A stretch of DNA of 64,000 nt from Eledone cirrhosa (GCA_964016885.1 OZ024745.1:119536001-119600000); one strand, 5' to 3'. Shown: positions 28,219-42,600, counted from the first letter of the stretch. Notes: generated from the sequence alone by a model not told the origin. A program made the numbers and translations.

Positions 28219-28302
28219 GTCACTATGAAACACTATAAAACACGTCACTATGAAACACTATGAAACACGTCACTATGAGACACTATGAAAAACGTCACTA
28301 TG
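28219..28302. repeat. 25-bp minisatellite, ~3.3 copies (GTCACTATGAAACACTATGAAACAC)
   Basis: Direct reading. Confidence 0.85.
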
Positions 28303-28527
28303 TATATGAAAGAGTAAAATAATTCAGGCAAATTAACCTTGTATACAAACAAAGTAAAAAAGAAATTCTTGCAGAAATCTCCTCAGAATCTATTAAATGA
28401 CAGAAATATTTATCAAACCGATGTCCAAATATGTTATGTGTTTTTCTGATTTGAGATATTTGAACATGTACTTGGTAAATGTTAATGTCATCTATGTTAT
28501 TTAATATATTCTGATACGACCAACATA

Positions 28528-28810
28528 GAGGCATGTGGCCTAGTGGCAAGGCTGTTGGATTTATGATCATAATGTCATGGGTTCGATTCCTGGGTTGTGT
28601 GTTGTGTTCTTGAGCAAAACACTTCATTTCACGTTGCTCCAGTATTCTCAGCTGAAAATGAGTACAAGCAATAGCTGGGGGTTTAACCCTGCAATGGACT
28701 AGCGATCTGTCCAGGGGGGCGTCTAGTACCCGCAGTCGCTTCACGCCATGAAACTGGTATAACCACCGTCCAAATGAGCCTTCTGGCTTAAGACAGACTT
28801 TAGACTTAGA
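28528..28810 (+). mobile_element. SINE with family A head and core and a different 3' tail
   Basis: TGGCCTAGTGG and GGTTCGATTCC boxes, CTTGAGCAAAACACTT core, tail CCTGCAATGGACTAGCGATCTGTCCAGGGGGG. Confidence 0.8.
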
Positions 28811-29140
28811 TAAGATCAATACAGCACGAATGAATATTTCAATTGATCAAAATGTGCGTCAATCAATTAAATGATTTAATGCAATGTAAGCCTGGTTATT
28901 TTTATTCATATATATTGTTATTTAACCTGATTGCATTTTCGTTGTTGTGGTGGCTTCTGTGGCTTTGTCCCCTTAACCACAGTTTTCAATTTGTCACGCT
29001 ATCTAGCGTATATTTATTACTCTAAGATGTAACCTATCGATTTATCGATACATTCTTATTGAGTGCTTCGTGCAAATGTGAATTTTGTTCGTGGATGTGG
29101 GCTGACCGTCACAACTTCAATTTTTCTAACCTTAAAATCG

Positions 29141-29216
<76 letters not shown>

Positions 29217-29221
<5 letters not shown>

Positions 29222-29430
29222 GGTAAACAGAAATAACAAAATAACAACGCAATCGGTACAGTATATGGAAGGTATATATTAGGTTAACGCTTGATATAGC
29301 AGGAAGAGGGTCTTAACGTTTCGAACGCTATTCCTTCATCAGAAGAAAGAATGAGAAATAAGATAGATTGAGGTTGACGGGCGGGGTGGATTTGGAAAAA
29401 ATGTCTTTAGATAAAAATAACACGTCCATA
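29217..29430 (-). mobile_element. PLE terminal repeat family P1 (HHR at 29311-29346), joined to (TG)n
   Basis: Reverse complement of the 21437 unit. Confidence 0.8.
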
Positions 29431-29469
29431 CATGTTGAGATCTCTTGGAAAACTGTTGATGATCAGAAA

Positions 29470-29860
29470 GTGATCACTATTCCCAATTCCTCCGTCTTCG
29501 TCGGCTCTGTAGCCAAGACGATGATTTCGAAACCCATTCCCTTCGCATGACTTCCTGCTTCATCCAGCATGGATATCCTCCCACCCTGCTCCAAGCTGCT
29601 CTGATGAACGCGGGTGTTGGAAGGGCGGGGTTGAGGTGAGAGATTTCTGGTGCGGTCTGTTTCACGGGCGTGTGTGAGAGCAGCTTGGATCAGAGTGCGG
29701 GGATATCCATGCTGGATGAAGCAGGAAGCCATGCGAAGGGAATGGGTTTTGGAAATCGTCCTGGCTACAGAGCCGACGAAGAGGGAGGAATTGAGAATAG
29801 GGTATTGAGTGTTTGGTGTGAAGAGGTGAAGTTGAGGTAAGATTGGGAGTCTGTTGATTT
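29470..29860. mobile_element. Penelope-like (Neptune-type) RT thumb fragments in tail-to-tail inverted duplication
   Basis: HTKHSIPYSQFL(R)LRRLCSQDD(D)F...MASCFIQHGYP..LIQAAL encoded on plus (29478-29601) and minus (29610-29860). Confidence 0.8.
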
Positions 29861-30147
29861 AATGAAGATGGAAGTAGAGAGCTCGTGGTGAGGGTTTCTC
29901 CATGATCACCTCGCAACGAACATTCCAAAAGACCTGATGGCAGATAACCTCACTTGGCACGGATGCAAAATAGCCGCCGCTGGTCGAGATCGTTGGCGAC
30001 TACTCACTGCTGGATTTTCCGAAAGGTGTGGAAGACCCTAAGACTAAGATGTAAGGAAAAGAAATTGAAAATGCAACTGGAGTCTTTTAAGAATATTTAT
30101 TTACTTTAGCGGTTATACAGTTCTTATGACTTTCAAAATTAAAATTT

Positions 30148-30357
30148 ACTGGCAGTATCCGTAGAGCGTCCGGCAACATGCTCCGCAGCAGGGCATTCCG
30201 GCCCTCTATGCTCTTAGTTCAAATCCCACCGAAGTTAGCTTTGCCTTTCATCCTTACGATAAACTAAAAAGCACACTAACGCACTGGATTCGATGTAATC
30301 TGCTTCCTATTCTACCATAATTGTTAGCCTCATGCCTGATTAAAAAACCAATATTAT
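30148..30357 (+). mobile_element. SINE family B (diverged)
   Basis: Head, B box and partial core. Confidence 0.75.
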
Positions 30358-31112
30358 TTACAATGTCACCTAAGCTGTTGTAAGCTGTTAATAAAGGTGT
30401 TTTATTTATACATTTTGTAAATGTGTCTATAACGAAATACTTGGTAACACTTGCACGAGAATGCTACACATTCCAGCTAACAAATAATTTATTATATTTT
30501 ACTTGTTGTTATTTTTTTTATTTCAGTATCATTTATAATCTATAATTGAATTTATATTTCCATTAATTTTATTATATTTACTCATATTATCAATAATGAA
30601 CTTACGACTATCTTATTATTCATATTTAAATTTAATCACAAATTTTACTCATAATTTTGTTGATTCATGTATTTTTTTATAATTATTTTATAAATATTTA
30701 TCATCAATAAGGGATGAGACAGAGCCGGATTTAATGGGGTGCAAGTGGGAAATTACCAGGGCTCCCACAGCGACGAGGGATAATAATTGTATTACCCAAA
30801 TAATATAAACACGAAATCTAGGAAGGCAACTTTACGGGCTGTTCAAACTACTAGAATACGGCTGCAGATACACATTTCATCTCATATTTAATCGGTTATC
30901 TATACACTAATCAAACCATATACTGAGTTCTTCTTTCATAAACGTTTCTCTCTCTCTCTCTCTCTCTCTCTCGCTCTCTCTCTTACACACAAAGCTTCAT
31001 ATTAACTATACTGCATCACACACATAGACACACATATACAAACACAGACACATCACACACATACACACACATACACACACTCACACACACACATAAACAC
31101 ACGCACCCCCCT

Positions 31113-31144
<32 letters not shown>

Positions 31145-33559
31145 AAATAAGAAGTTGGTGGGACTAGCATAAGGTTTCCCTGCTCGTACCGGTTGCATCA
31201 CAGCGTACTCATTATGTTAAAATCCCAGAGTAGACACAAAGTTATTTGCCTCAATACAACGCACGTAAATGGGAACCATAAATTTATATCCGTACTCGAG
31301 TTTCGGCCACACGTAATGTACCAAGAGATCGTACAGCATGAATAGTCTGCGTTTATTATGCAACAATGCACAATCAGTGCATGTGGATTCGTCAGCCGGT
31401 CTCGCCTAAACAATAACCAATCGATCGACAGAATTCGATTCCAGTCCATGTCGCCTGTGGCAATAAATCCGACAGGCGACGCAGTAGTACATTAGTAACT
31501 GAAATTCCTACGTGTTATCAAAATACCGTCAACCGATTGACCACTGGTTCAGAAATGTACGTGATGCTAGGATTTGAGATTCTATTTTTTGGCCCCTCCA
31601 TAATAACTCACCAACATATCTCAAGTCAAACACAAATTAACAATATATATTGGTAGTAGCACTAATATTGTGTTAAGCATAATAAGGTTATATTTGAAAA
31701 CATATACGTTTCGACACAAGGGACACACCATTATTGCTCTGTAATATCAATATAAACATTCTCGTATTCTCTAGCAGCAATTCAGTCCATCAATCAATTA
31801 TTTTGTTCAAATTAAACCTGACGTATAGATCTATAAAATATTATAGAAATAGATTTAGTGATCCGTAAGTGATCAGAAAGTGGTGAATTGGCAGAATCAT
31901 TACAGCCCCAGACAGAATGCCTTTCAGTATTTCTTCAGGCTCTCTGCTCCCTGAGTTCAAATCCCAGCAAGGTTATCTTTACCTTCCATCGTTGCCCCTT
32001 TCACCTCAATTGTGCCTCTACTGCTTCATCGAGATTTGAGGCAAGCCAAATACTTAGACTACAAAGACACATTCTTGTCCTGTGGATACAAATGATTTGG
32101 CGGAAACATAATCAGTTGAGACACAACTAAATATATATTTTGGAACATTTCTGGAATATTCTTGCTAATCCCATCAGTTCTACATATGGGAAGAAGAAGA
32201 AGCAGAAGAAGAAGAAGAAGAATCCCATAAGTGTCTCAAATGGACACATTAAAACTACTTTTAACTTGGTCTTCACAACAAAATTTGGTATTTTTACATT
32301 ATATGGATTCACAGAGGTACTGAAAATAAACAAAAGGTGTTGGTTCCTATAATTAAACATCTGGTGATGTATTATAATACATTAAGGGAGCATCGCGGTT
32401 TCAGAAATAATCGGTCTGCAGTTCAATAGACTTTAAGATTTTAACAGATGAATCAATGTTGGGTCAGCGTGAGCCAAGGATAACAAAAACGTTATGAAGG
32501 GCAAATAGACAGATGTATTTTCTCCTTATTTAATCCATAAGTAAAATATCTTAGAAAACAGTATACGGAGAAGTTTGGTTATATATAAATGGGTTCACTT
32601 TTAAATGGTAAATAATAGAAGGAATATTCATAAATTAACATTAGTCATTTGATGAAAATTACATTGTCATAGTATGATAGTTTTTATACTCTAAGTCCTA
32701 TATATATATAGTACATTCTTATTGGAAGTATGGTGATTATAATGATGAGGGTGGGGAAGATATTTAGATGAAAAGTACAGAATGTTGGTAACTTATAATA
32801 AATCAACTTATAAAATAGTGTTACAATATGGGGAGGAGAAAGTACAGGAAACAATGATATTCTGAGGCACTAGTTTAAAATACTATATTCTGAAACATAA
32901 GAAACAGGAATATAATGTAGATAACTTCTTTCAAGTAGGTACAACGACATAATTGTCCGATGAATCGACACAATACTGGTATTTATTTCGAAACGAGAAC
33001 ATGAGACAGAAAACATGCAAAATGGAACTCGCTAAAAAGTAGCTAGAAGTAATAAATCATATTTTATCAGATGTTATAAAGCTTTGAAAATATATTTTAA
33101 ACGATGACTGAGACCTTTCTTTGTCGGATAGGGCATACAATTGCCAGCTTGTGTAAATTTATAAAATTGCCATTGTGAGAATTTATAATATGAAAGACTA
33201 TTTAACACCGCTGAGTAGTCTGCAAGAGCAGACGACTCTAGGGTGTTGAATAGAATAATTTAATTATAGTAAATATCTTCTCATTTACATTTTATTTTAC
33301 AGATATAAAGCGAAAATTAACAAGTAAACATAACATAAAATGTAATATATTTTATTAAAAGTAATAATCATGATATCCTGTTTCTGATTTTAATCTAAAT
33401 ATCATACAATACACAATTAATGATATTAATTGAAATAAACGCTGAAATTGGTGTTCAGTAGACTAATACAATGCCAGACACTACGTAGGAAGTTTATTAT
33501 TCCAAGTCCTGAAGGTAAACTGAAGCGTCGCTGGAATACATTGAACATCAGAGTATGAT

Positions 33560-33995
33560 ACCTAGTTGAGATTTCCATCTTCTAATTCATATTTGTATAG
33601 GGAGTGTACCTCCCCATCCATGTAGAGCTGGAAACCCTTCCCAATATACGCCTGACATCAAGCAAACTTTACTGGGAATCAATGAGGACCCGTCAAGGTG
33701 TTAACTTTGATATGAAGAAAGAGTGGTGAAGATCGTGGAATGAGTTCAGATTTGCCAACCAAGACATGGTCAAGGACCCCACATCTAAACAACCCGTCTT
33801 TTACTTTCCTTAAAAGCAATGGATGTCCCTTAATGAAATCCGCACAACACCGGCCAGAACATCATCTCCATCGATGGAAAATGAAAGACAGTCCAGCATA
33901 GAACTGTGGGGTCCCTGACCAAACAATACTGCATGTTTTTCGGCATTGCCCTGACAGACGCTGTCCCAAATACTTCAATTGACGCCTTAGTGTGG
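33560..33995 (+). mobile_element. Degenerate Ingi/Vingi-like LINE 3' end with CCHC-type finger
   Basis: QWMSLNEIRTT..HLHRWKMKDSPA*NCGVPDQTILHVFRHCPDRR resembles LNRIRTG...CxCG..QTxxHxxxxC. Confidence 0.6.
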
Positions 33996-34210
33996 CTTAC
34001 CCCCCCCCCCTCTCTCTCTATCTATCTATCTCTAACCATTGTGTATATGTCATACAAAGAGAAGACCAGAAGTTAAAGAATAATTTTTATCCCTGTGTAT
34101 ATGGATATATATATGTAAATATAGTGACAAAACATAAGTCAATTGCATGAACTCATAATCCTTTATTTACTGCTATATATAATGATATATATATATATAT
34201 ATATATATAT

Positions 34211-34790
34211 AAGGAATTACCCCTTGAAAAGTTCGGCTATTTATTTACCACGCTAAAGATTCTAATTTAGTCCAGAAATAGCCATCGAAACGGGTGTGAG
34301 GCCCGCGAGTTGGAGTGGCTTTTCCAGACCATCTCCCTTGACGTCCTCCGGGGAAACGCCTTCTCCATTCTGTCCGCCGGGGCTGTGGGTGGGCCCCATC
34401 GCGTACCGTTGTAGTTGTTGTAGAAGAAACAGGAAGACAACAACTGGAAAGTTTGATGTTCTACTTCATCATTTACTTCTGCATTGAAATAGAGAATCCT
34501 TATAATTTGCTGTATAGAATTCACTTTCAACGCTTGACCGGCTCCACCTACTCTCTCATTGTTCTACAGGCAAGTTCAGCCACCCCCACCTCTCACCCAC
34601 TGCCATGATGGAATTAATTGCGTTTACAAGAAAATTTGACCAATCATCTAGACAACTACAATCTTTCCATATAAGGAATTACCCCTTCAAAAGTTCGGTT
34701 ATTTATTTACTACGATAAAAATTCTAATTTAGTTCAGAAATAGCCGCCAAAACGGCTCGAGCTCTGCCAATGGGGTCATGCATTTTCCTA
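34211..34790 (+). mobile_element. Two tandem family P7 segments with a nested CRE 3' fragment (34297-34405)
   Basis: 34211-34292 is repeated at 34673-34755. Insert encodes EARELEWLFQTISLDVLRGNAFSILSAG. Confidence 0.7.
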
Positions 34791-34795
34791 TATAT

Positions 34796-35960
34796 ATATA
34801 AAGATTTACATATACACAAACTAGACAAAGTCATAGATATATATGTTTTTGAATCATTTGATAAGATATATACACCATTTCCTCTCCCAATTAGCATAAT
34901 CAACCACACAAAAAAACAATTAAACCAGGCTATAAGATTAAAAGGCACCTATAAAGAAATAATAGATAAATAAACGACACCCATCTATTCGCGATCAGAA
35001 AAATCTTCGTCCAAGTGAGTTTGTTTCCTGATGATTTCGAAGCTCGAGAATTTATCCTTGATCGGATAATTCCAAAAGCGAATGAAACCCCAAGGGGTAG
35101 AAACGTAATCCTGGTATCTTTATATACATTTTTTCTTCTAACTTTAATTTTATACCTAATTGTGTATGGTTCACGATATATTTAATCGATTTCCACGTGC
35201 TATTGAAATGCTGGGCAAATATTCTATAGCTGTTGATCGCGAATAGATGGCTGTCGTTTATTTATGTATTATTTCTTTATAGGTGCCTTTTAATCTTATA
35301 GCCTGGTTTAATTGGTTTTTTTTGTGGTTGATTATGCTAATTGGGAGAGGAAATTGTGTATATATCTTATCAAATGATTCTATGGGTATAATTTATAGTA
35401 TATTGCTCTGATTATTTGATTTATTAATTCATCATTGAGCCACATCGTGAATGGTTGCCAAAAACATATATATCTATGACTTTCTCTAGTTTATGTATAT
35501 GTATATCTTTATATTTGATAATCTCCCATAAGATTGAAGTGCAATTTAGGCAATATTAGGCTGCGCTTTCTAGCAACCAGCCCACTCGCCGTAAGGCACT
35601 AATCACATTCTTTCTGACTTGACCACTGCCACGTCACAGTTCTTAGCCATTTTGAATTCGTTTCTGGCGGGGATCATTTAAGAAAAATCTTCGTCCAAGT
35701 GAGTTTGTTTCCTGATGATTTCGAAGCTCGAGAATTTATCCTTGATCGGATATTTCCAAAAGCGAATGAAACCCTAAATATTCTATAGCTGTTGATCGCG
35801 AATAGATGGCTGTCGTTTATTTATCTATTATTTCTTTATAGGTGCCTTTTAATCTTATATCCTGGTTTAATTGGTTTTTTGTGTGGTTGATTATGCTAAT
35901 TGGGGGAGGAAATGGTGTATATATCTTATCAAATGATTCTATGGACATCATTTATAGTAT
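34796..35960. mobile_element. PLE terminal repeat family P5: inverted and tandem partial copies, HHR at 35023-35104 and a truncated one at ~35706-35774
   Basis: 34796-34997 is inverted relative to 35234-35514 and 35793-35960. HHR reads GTTTC-CTGATGA...GAAACCCC-AA-GGGGTA-GAAAC. Confidence 0.75.
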
Positions 35961-35975
35961 ATATATATATATACG

Positions 35976-36075
<100 letters not shown>

Positions 36076-36076
36076 T

Positions 36077-36591
36077 ATTTCGTATCTGCAAAGAAATACA
36101 GTTTTAGGATGCCGTAGCTATGCAAAGACCGGGGGACTAACGCCCTCTGGTGATGTCCAACAGAAGCAAGGGGGTCAACCGTCTATGCGTTTCAAGCTTA
36201 ACTGACCTTCGTCAGGACGGTCCCTCCCACCGCTTGCGACTACTGGACTAGAAGACAGCTTTTTTATTATAAGTTGAGCCACCTTATGCAGCTTCATATG
36301 CAAATGAGATTAATCACCTCATTTACACAGACGAGAAAAGTATATATTCTCGCCTGTCTTCTAGTCCAGCAGTCGCAAGCGGTGGGAGGGACCGTCCTGA
36401 CGATGACCAGGTAAGCCTGAAATGCATAGACGGTTTATCCCCCTTGCTTCTGCTGGACGACACCAGAGGGCGTTAGCCTCCCCCCCCCCCGGTGTTTGCA
36501 TAGCTACGGCTTCCTAAAACTGTATTTCTTTGGAGATACGAAGTATTTATACATATTGTATAAAGCTATGCTTGAAGCGAAATCCTATTTC

Positions 36592-36598
<7 letters not shown>
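36077..36598. mobile_element. PLE terminal repeat family P4 fold-back with two HHRs (36178-36221 minus, 36391-36434 plus), flanked by (TA)n
   Basis: Arms 36077-36260 and ~36354-36545 are reverse complementary. HHR reads ACCGTC-CTGACGA...GAAATGCATA-GACGGT. Confidence 0.8.
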
Positions 36599-36651
<53 letters not shown>

Positions 36652-36890
36652 CAGGAGGCTGGACTGGTGTACTTCCTTGAAAGGTTTATTATACTATGAT
36701 CATTTCAATGACCAGCCTCCTGTAAATTTTATAATAATTAAGTCCGTACTCGCACCACCAACTACATAAAAGAAGACAGGTGAGTTGCATTACGTTGAGT
36801 GCTTTCCATAATATTACATGGAGGTTGAACATATGGAATGACCACTTATACCCAGTGGTAAACTAACAAACCTAAATATATATATTTATC

Positions 36891-37053
36891 ACATAAGAAA
36901 CGGAGAATCAGTGGTGCGACGAATAAGATTTATTAGACATATTATAGGTTTCATCATTGAATCGATCGTACCTCGAGCTGGTCGCCAGAGAAACGATTAT
37001 AATATGTCTAATAAATCTTAATCATCGCACCACTGATTCTCCGTTTCTTATGT
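36891..37053. repeat. Inverted repeat with ~56-bp arms
   Basis: ACATAAGAAACGGAGAATCAGTGGTGCG... versus ...CGCACCACTGATTCTCCGTTTCTTATGT. Confidence 0.8.
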
Positions 37054-37128
37054 CATATACTCTAGTCGCTAAGAGAATCGAGTGCTCAAACGGCATACCG
37101 CTTACGGACGTTTTAAGCATACCACAGC

Positions 37129-37179
<51 letters not shown>

Positions 37180-37270
37180 AAAGTTAAACAAGGTTCAATG
37201 AATAAATCAAAGAATGAGTTTTACAATAGATTGGAAGCACTCAACAGATTTTAGTTTTACGGAGTTATTA

Positions 37271-37541
37271 ATATTAATTCAAAATATTAACAAAACTAGA
37301 CTTTCATGTGATCAAATATATTTTAATATACATATTTCAGAGGTACTGAGCTAAATTCAACAGTACGTCCTCATCAGATAAAATAAGATGATGCATGACA
37401 TACCCTGACTAAGTAGATGGTTAAAATTCAGACATGACTGAATTTTAAACATATACTTACTCAGGGTAACTCTGAAATATGTATAATAAAATATACTTGA
37501 TCACATGAATGTCTATTTTTGTTAATATTTTGAATTAATAT
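37271..37541. mobile_element. Inverted PLE terminal repeat pair with HHR-like motif on minus strand (37319-37385)
   Basis: Arms 37271-37346 and 37466-37541. Motif TATTTTAT-CTGATGA-GGACGTACTG...CAGTACCTCT-GAAATATGTATA. Confidence 0.65.
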
Positions 37542-37639
37542 ATATAGGAACGATCGACTTTCGTCAAATCGGACCGAGGGAACAATGCTTCCGTTGGTCT
37601 TTACAATTGCTAATACTATCTATCGGTCGCAACTCCAGA

Positions 37640-37761
37640 TAGAAGGAGCAACGTGAAATAAAGTGTCTTGCTCAAGGACATAACGCATCGCCTGGTCCGG
37701 GAATCGAACCCACAACTTACGATTGCGAATCCAATTCTCTAACCACTCAGCCACACGCCTT
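37640..37761 (-). mobile_element. SINE family A
   Basis: Minus strand GGCGTGTGGCTGAGTGGTTAGAG...GGTTCGATTCC...CCTTGAGCAAGACACTTTATTTCACGTTGCTCC. Confidence 0.85.
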
Positions 37762-38470
<709 letters not shown>

Positions 38471-39120
38471 CCCTAACGGATAGTACGAATTATACGCGGA
38501 TAATTTACGTCTTGATGTGGCAGCTAAGTATACCATTACTTATTCGTATAAGTAAGTATATATTACCTCTATGTTTTGTGAAGGTACGTATACTTTCTCG
38601 TAAGTATATATGCTTGTTTTTGGCGTATATATTATATATTCTGGTACATGTGCATTTGGTTATGTGTATACGGGAGTTTTGCGCCTGTGTGAGTATGCGG
38701 GTTCGTACGTATATAGGGTGTGTGTATGTATGTACTTGTGTTTTGGTTGACGTACGTCAGCGAAACTATGTGTATTTACATGTAGGTGTGTGTGTGTACA
38801 CGCGTTATATACGTATTTATGTGTGTCTATTTATATACGTTTATTTAATTATGTATACACGCACACACACACATGTATATGTATATGTGTTTTTTTATAT
38901 ATATTTTTATGTGTATTTGGTCTATACGTTCGTATGTGTGCGGGTACAGGCGTTGCGTGGGTCCTGTATGTGCGTGCGGGTTTTATTTTTCGTGTACGTG
39001 CTTGTATTTGCATACCCATGGCGAGTGTTTTCGCGTGTGCTTGTGTATGTACGTATATGGATGCGTGTATGTATATATTTAATTTCTATTACCTCTGTAT
39101 TTTATTTACTTTATTCTTAA

Positions 39121-39360
39121 CTCTGAAGCCGAGAATCATTCGGTTTCCTCGGCTCGGGAAGATCCCACTCAGGATCCCGAGAGCGTCAAGGGTGCGCGCA
39201 GCCGATGCCCTCTCTTCCTCGATTGAGAGCGCCCTGGACTCCAATCGAGCCAGTGACTGGGAGCGGCTGTTCTATTTCGCCCCACTCGCCCTCGGCCTCC
39301 CGAGCTCTGGCGCTGACCGGGGCGCCGGTCAACAGCAGCCTTCGTCAAGGCCAATCGTTC
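39121..39360 (+). mobile_element. GC-rich fragment resembling the region of CRE-type ORFs upstream of the RT
   Basis: IPLRIPRASRVRAADALSSSIESALDSN...DWERLFYFAPLALGLP. Confidence 0.55.
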
Positions 39361-39614
39361 ATCTGATACGTCTCTAAATTATATTTTGTCTTCGACTTCA
39401 CTTATACCATTTACTTTGTCTTTGCGTGTAATTCTTCTCTCTGCTCCACTTTCGGAGACGAATCCGTTTGTAGCATAAGTTTTATGCAATTGTCAATGAT
39501 GTTTAGACAGATCACAAGGAAAGTACATCTAACATCTGGAATCGAAACCCCAGGGGCTTCTGCTAGTTGCTTTTGCCCGTGAATATTCCACATATTTACC
39601 ACATGCCCACTGAA

Positions 39615-39960
39615 TCTTCTTCTTCTTCTTCTTCTTCTTCTTCTTCTTCTTCTTCTTCTTCTTCTTCTTCTTCTTCTTCCACTTATTACTGAGAGGGTCG
39701 TGGGGAGAGAGTCCTCGAATAACACCTTCCGGCGGGTCATGTCAGAAGCAACCGTCTCCAACTGATCTGTTTCAATCTCCAAGCGAGACCAGTCAAGCTC
39801 AGGAATGTTTTCCAACCATCTAGTTCTGGGTCTACCCCAGGTTCTCCTGTCGGTTGGTTTTGCCCGTAAAATCTGTCCACTGATTTGTTCCTGAGACATT
39901 CTAACTACATAGCCGAAGTATCGGAGCTGTGATCTCTCAATTCGGAAATCAGAATTCTCC
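39615..39960 (-). mobile_element. RTE LINE 3' end (family R2) with (GAA)n tail
   Basis: RIERSQLRYFGYVVRM...RRTWGRPRTRWLENI, followed by (GAA)n. Confidence 0.85.
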
Positions 39961-40610
39961 CAATGTATATAGCAACAAGCAATCATTTAATTTCTTAAAG
40001 TTTAATCTGCCTCAAGGACAAATCTTCAAAATCACTGTTTATTTATTCTTATAAGAAGTATTCACTTTATGTACTGCATTGTTTCATTCATGCAGTGTAT
40101 GTTTTACGTTCATGTATCTAACTAAAGCATTATCATTATAAATTCTTTTCTAGTCCAAACGATTTATAAAGAAAACAAACTGAGATTTAAAAGGTCCAAA
40201 CATTTCAACTTCACCTTTTCTTGAAATATATAACTATACCCTTTAGGACATTATACTTAAAATTCCTTTTACAAAAAATCGAAAAACAAATTTAAAAAAA
40301 ATTAAAACTATATCAAAATGTTTTTTATGAGCAAAAGCAGATAGAAGGTGTATTTCTTGGATAACTTACGTAATAATGTTAGAAAAACTAATTTAGTTTA
40401 AATTGGTTAAACAGCCAATATCAACGTAAACACTGTAGTAATGTCAAAACATTAGCTGGAACACGAGTAATACACAGCACTTATTTCACTAATATAGATT
40501 ATTAGAGTAATATACATTTATTTCACTAGCAGACACAATGTAATCAACAATCCGTTAATTACACTAATTAATCTCTTTCTCTCTCACTCTCTCTGTCTCT
40601 GTCTGTCTCT

Positions 40611-40644
<34 letters not shown>

Positions 40645-40859
40645 ATTTATTTCTCTGACTCAAAGTAAAAATATAATCGAAGAATTCTTAACTCAACTTT
40701 AATTTACACTCAGCACTATGGTAGAATACAATTTCTCTGGGATGTTTCCTTTCATTTATTTACTACAAGTATATAATGAATTATTTTTAATTCAACCATT
40801 AGTCCTTTATAAGCCATGTTGAAGGGAGAGGTATATTTTCGTGTGTTGAATCATCATTA

Positions 40860-40990
40860 TCTTCTTCTTCTTCTTCTTCTTCTTCTTCTTCTTCTTCTTC
40901 TTCTTCTTCTTCTTCTTCTTCTTCTTCTTCTTCTTCTTCTTCTTCTTCTTCTTCTACCCCTTCTTCTTTTTCTTCTTCTTCTACTACCCC
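40860..40990. repeat. (CTT)n microsatellite
   Basis: Direct reading. Confidence 0.95.
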
Positions 40991-41059
40991 TTCTACCTCT
41001 GGTACGGGAAAATACCGATAATTCAAAGTATATTTATAGTATATCATATATAACCAAGG

Positions 41060-42600
41060 TTTTACACCTGTCACATTATGGCACCAGCTCCAGCTATTCT
41101 TCCTTTAATTCAGCCTGCTATCTTCTATCACTCGTGAACATGGTCCCCAGATACTTGAACTTCTCCGCCTGTTTCAGTGGAACTATATTTACATGTAGCG
41201 CGGACTGCACGGGCTTCCATGTGAGGGTGGCTGGATCAGTTTTAACAGCACTGATTTTCATTCCAGCTATGCAGCACTCAGCTTCAAATCTATCTAGTGC
41301 AAGTCGGATATCATCTTCTATCCAGTTAAGTTATACTATGTCAGAGATATCAGGAACAAGTAGCTGACCATCGACCCCATACTCCTGTAAAACCTTCCAC
41401 ATGAGATAGAACGCGTGCATATACCTTCTCGAGCTCTACAAAGCAAGTATACACATTTCTCAAACACCTGATTTCTCAAACACATGATTTCTCAAACACC
41501 TGATTTCTCAAACACCTGCCGCAATGTGAATATTTGGTCAGTTGTGTTCCCTCTATAATTGAAACGCTTTTGTTTCACTTTTTGAAAATTGGGATTATCA
41601 AACCCGATTGCCATTGCTTAGGTGCTTTCCAGAGATCCAGGCCACCTGGCACATACGAGTCAGCCAGGGAATACCTTCTCTATTGAAGACATTTAACATC
41701 TCAGGCCGGATTTCATCCTGCCCAGCGGCCATCCCACATTTGAACTCTTGGGAACATGTGAACAAAGTCACTGAGAGATTAGCCATCACTCTGATGTGTT
41801 TCGTGAACATCGATTGATGCTGTTGTGATCGAGTTTAGGAGATCAGTAAAGTCCTCTCCCTACCCTGTGAGTATGCACCTCTCCGAAGAGAAAAGTACGC
41901 CAGATGCGTTCCTCATAGCAGAAAGGAGGATGTCTTGTTACGAAGTCGGCGGATGGTCTGCCAGAAGACTTTATTTGCTGATCTGAAGTCGGATTCCAAC
42001 TTAACCCTCAAATCGCCAATTTCTTAACCTTTGATGTCTTTACTGTCTCTGCTGCGGATCTCCGTGTCTGCTTGTACCGCAAGTGTACGAAGGTAAACTT
42101 ATTTCCAAGCCATAATTTGTAGGCCCCCTTCTTTGCACGGATGGCACCATTGATCTTTTGATTGAACCACGGCTACAGCAAGCTTCTTTCACCAGAAACA
42201 TTTAACAAGTTAAGCGTAAACTGCTAAGCTGAAGGATCTCCACTCTGTCTCAACCCCCTCAGTTTGCACAAGGAGCTCGCTAAATGTGGATGCAATAGTA
42301 TCTGCATACCTAGTCTTGATTTCTTTATCAAACAATGCTTACGACTTAATCCTGTAGGTTGACCTAGACCAGCTAGTTTTGTCGGTTTCTTTGGCTCTAG
42401 GTAGTCTCAAGTTGCAGATAATTTGATGGTGATCAATCCCTCTCAACCCGTACATCCAGCACAGAATAGAAAATATGAGAGAGAGACTAAACAAATCAAT
42501 TATTGATTGCTGTGTCCGATTCCCCTTATACCATGTTTAATTATGGCTGGAAGAAGGTGTTCTTAATAGAGATTCCATTCCTAGAACAGAAGTCTAATAA
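41060..42600 (-). mobile_element. Degenerate, internally deleted RTE LINE (R2): APE C-terminus to RT
   Basis: LLDFCSRNGISIKNTFF, DHHQI, AAGQDEIRPEML..EGIPWLTR, VELEKVY and GMKIS...KQAEKFKYLG remnants. Confidence 0.8.

Noticed and set aside
28219-28302. CRISPR-like periodic repeats (also 41455-41518 and 54912-55250)
   Set aside because: Tandem units without unique spacers, no cas genes, eukaryotic context.
38512-39120. 202-aa hydrophobic ORF
   Set aside because: Low-complexity TG/TA-rich sequence downstream of the PLE fragment.
40799-41367. Poly-E/L/R/F ORFs (also 39411-39986 and 56545-56898)
   Set aside because: (CTT)n tracts and LINE tails read through by chance.
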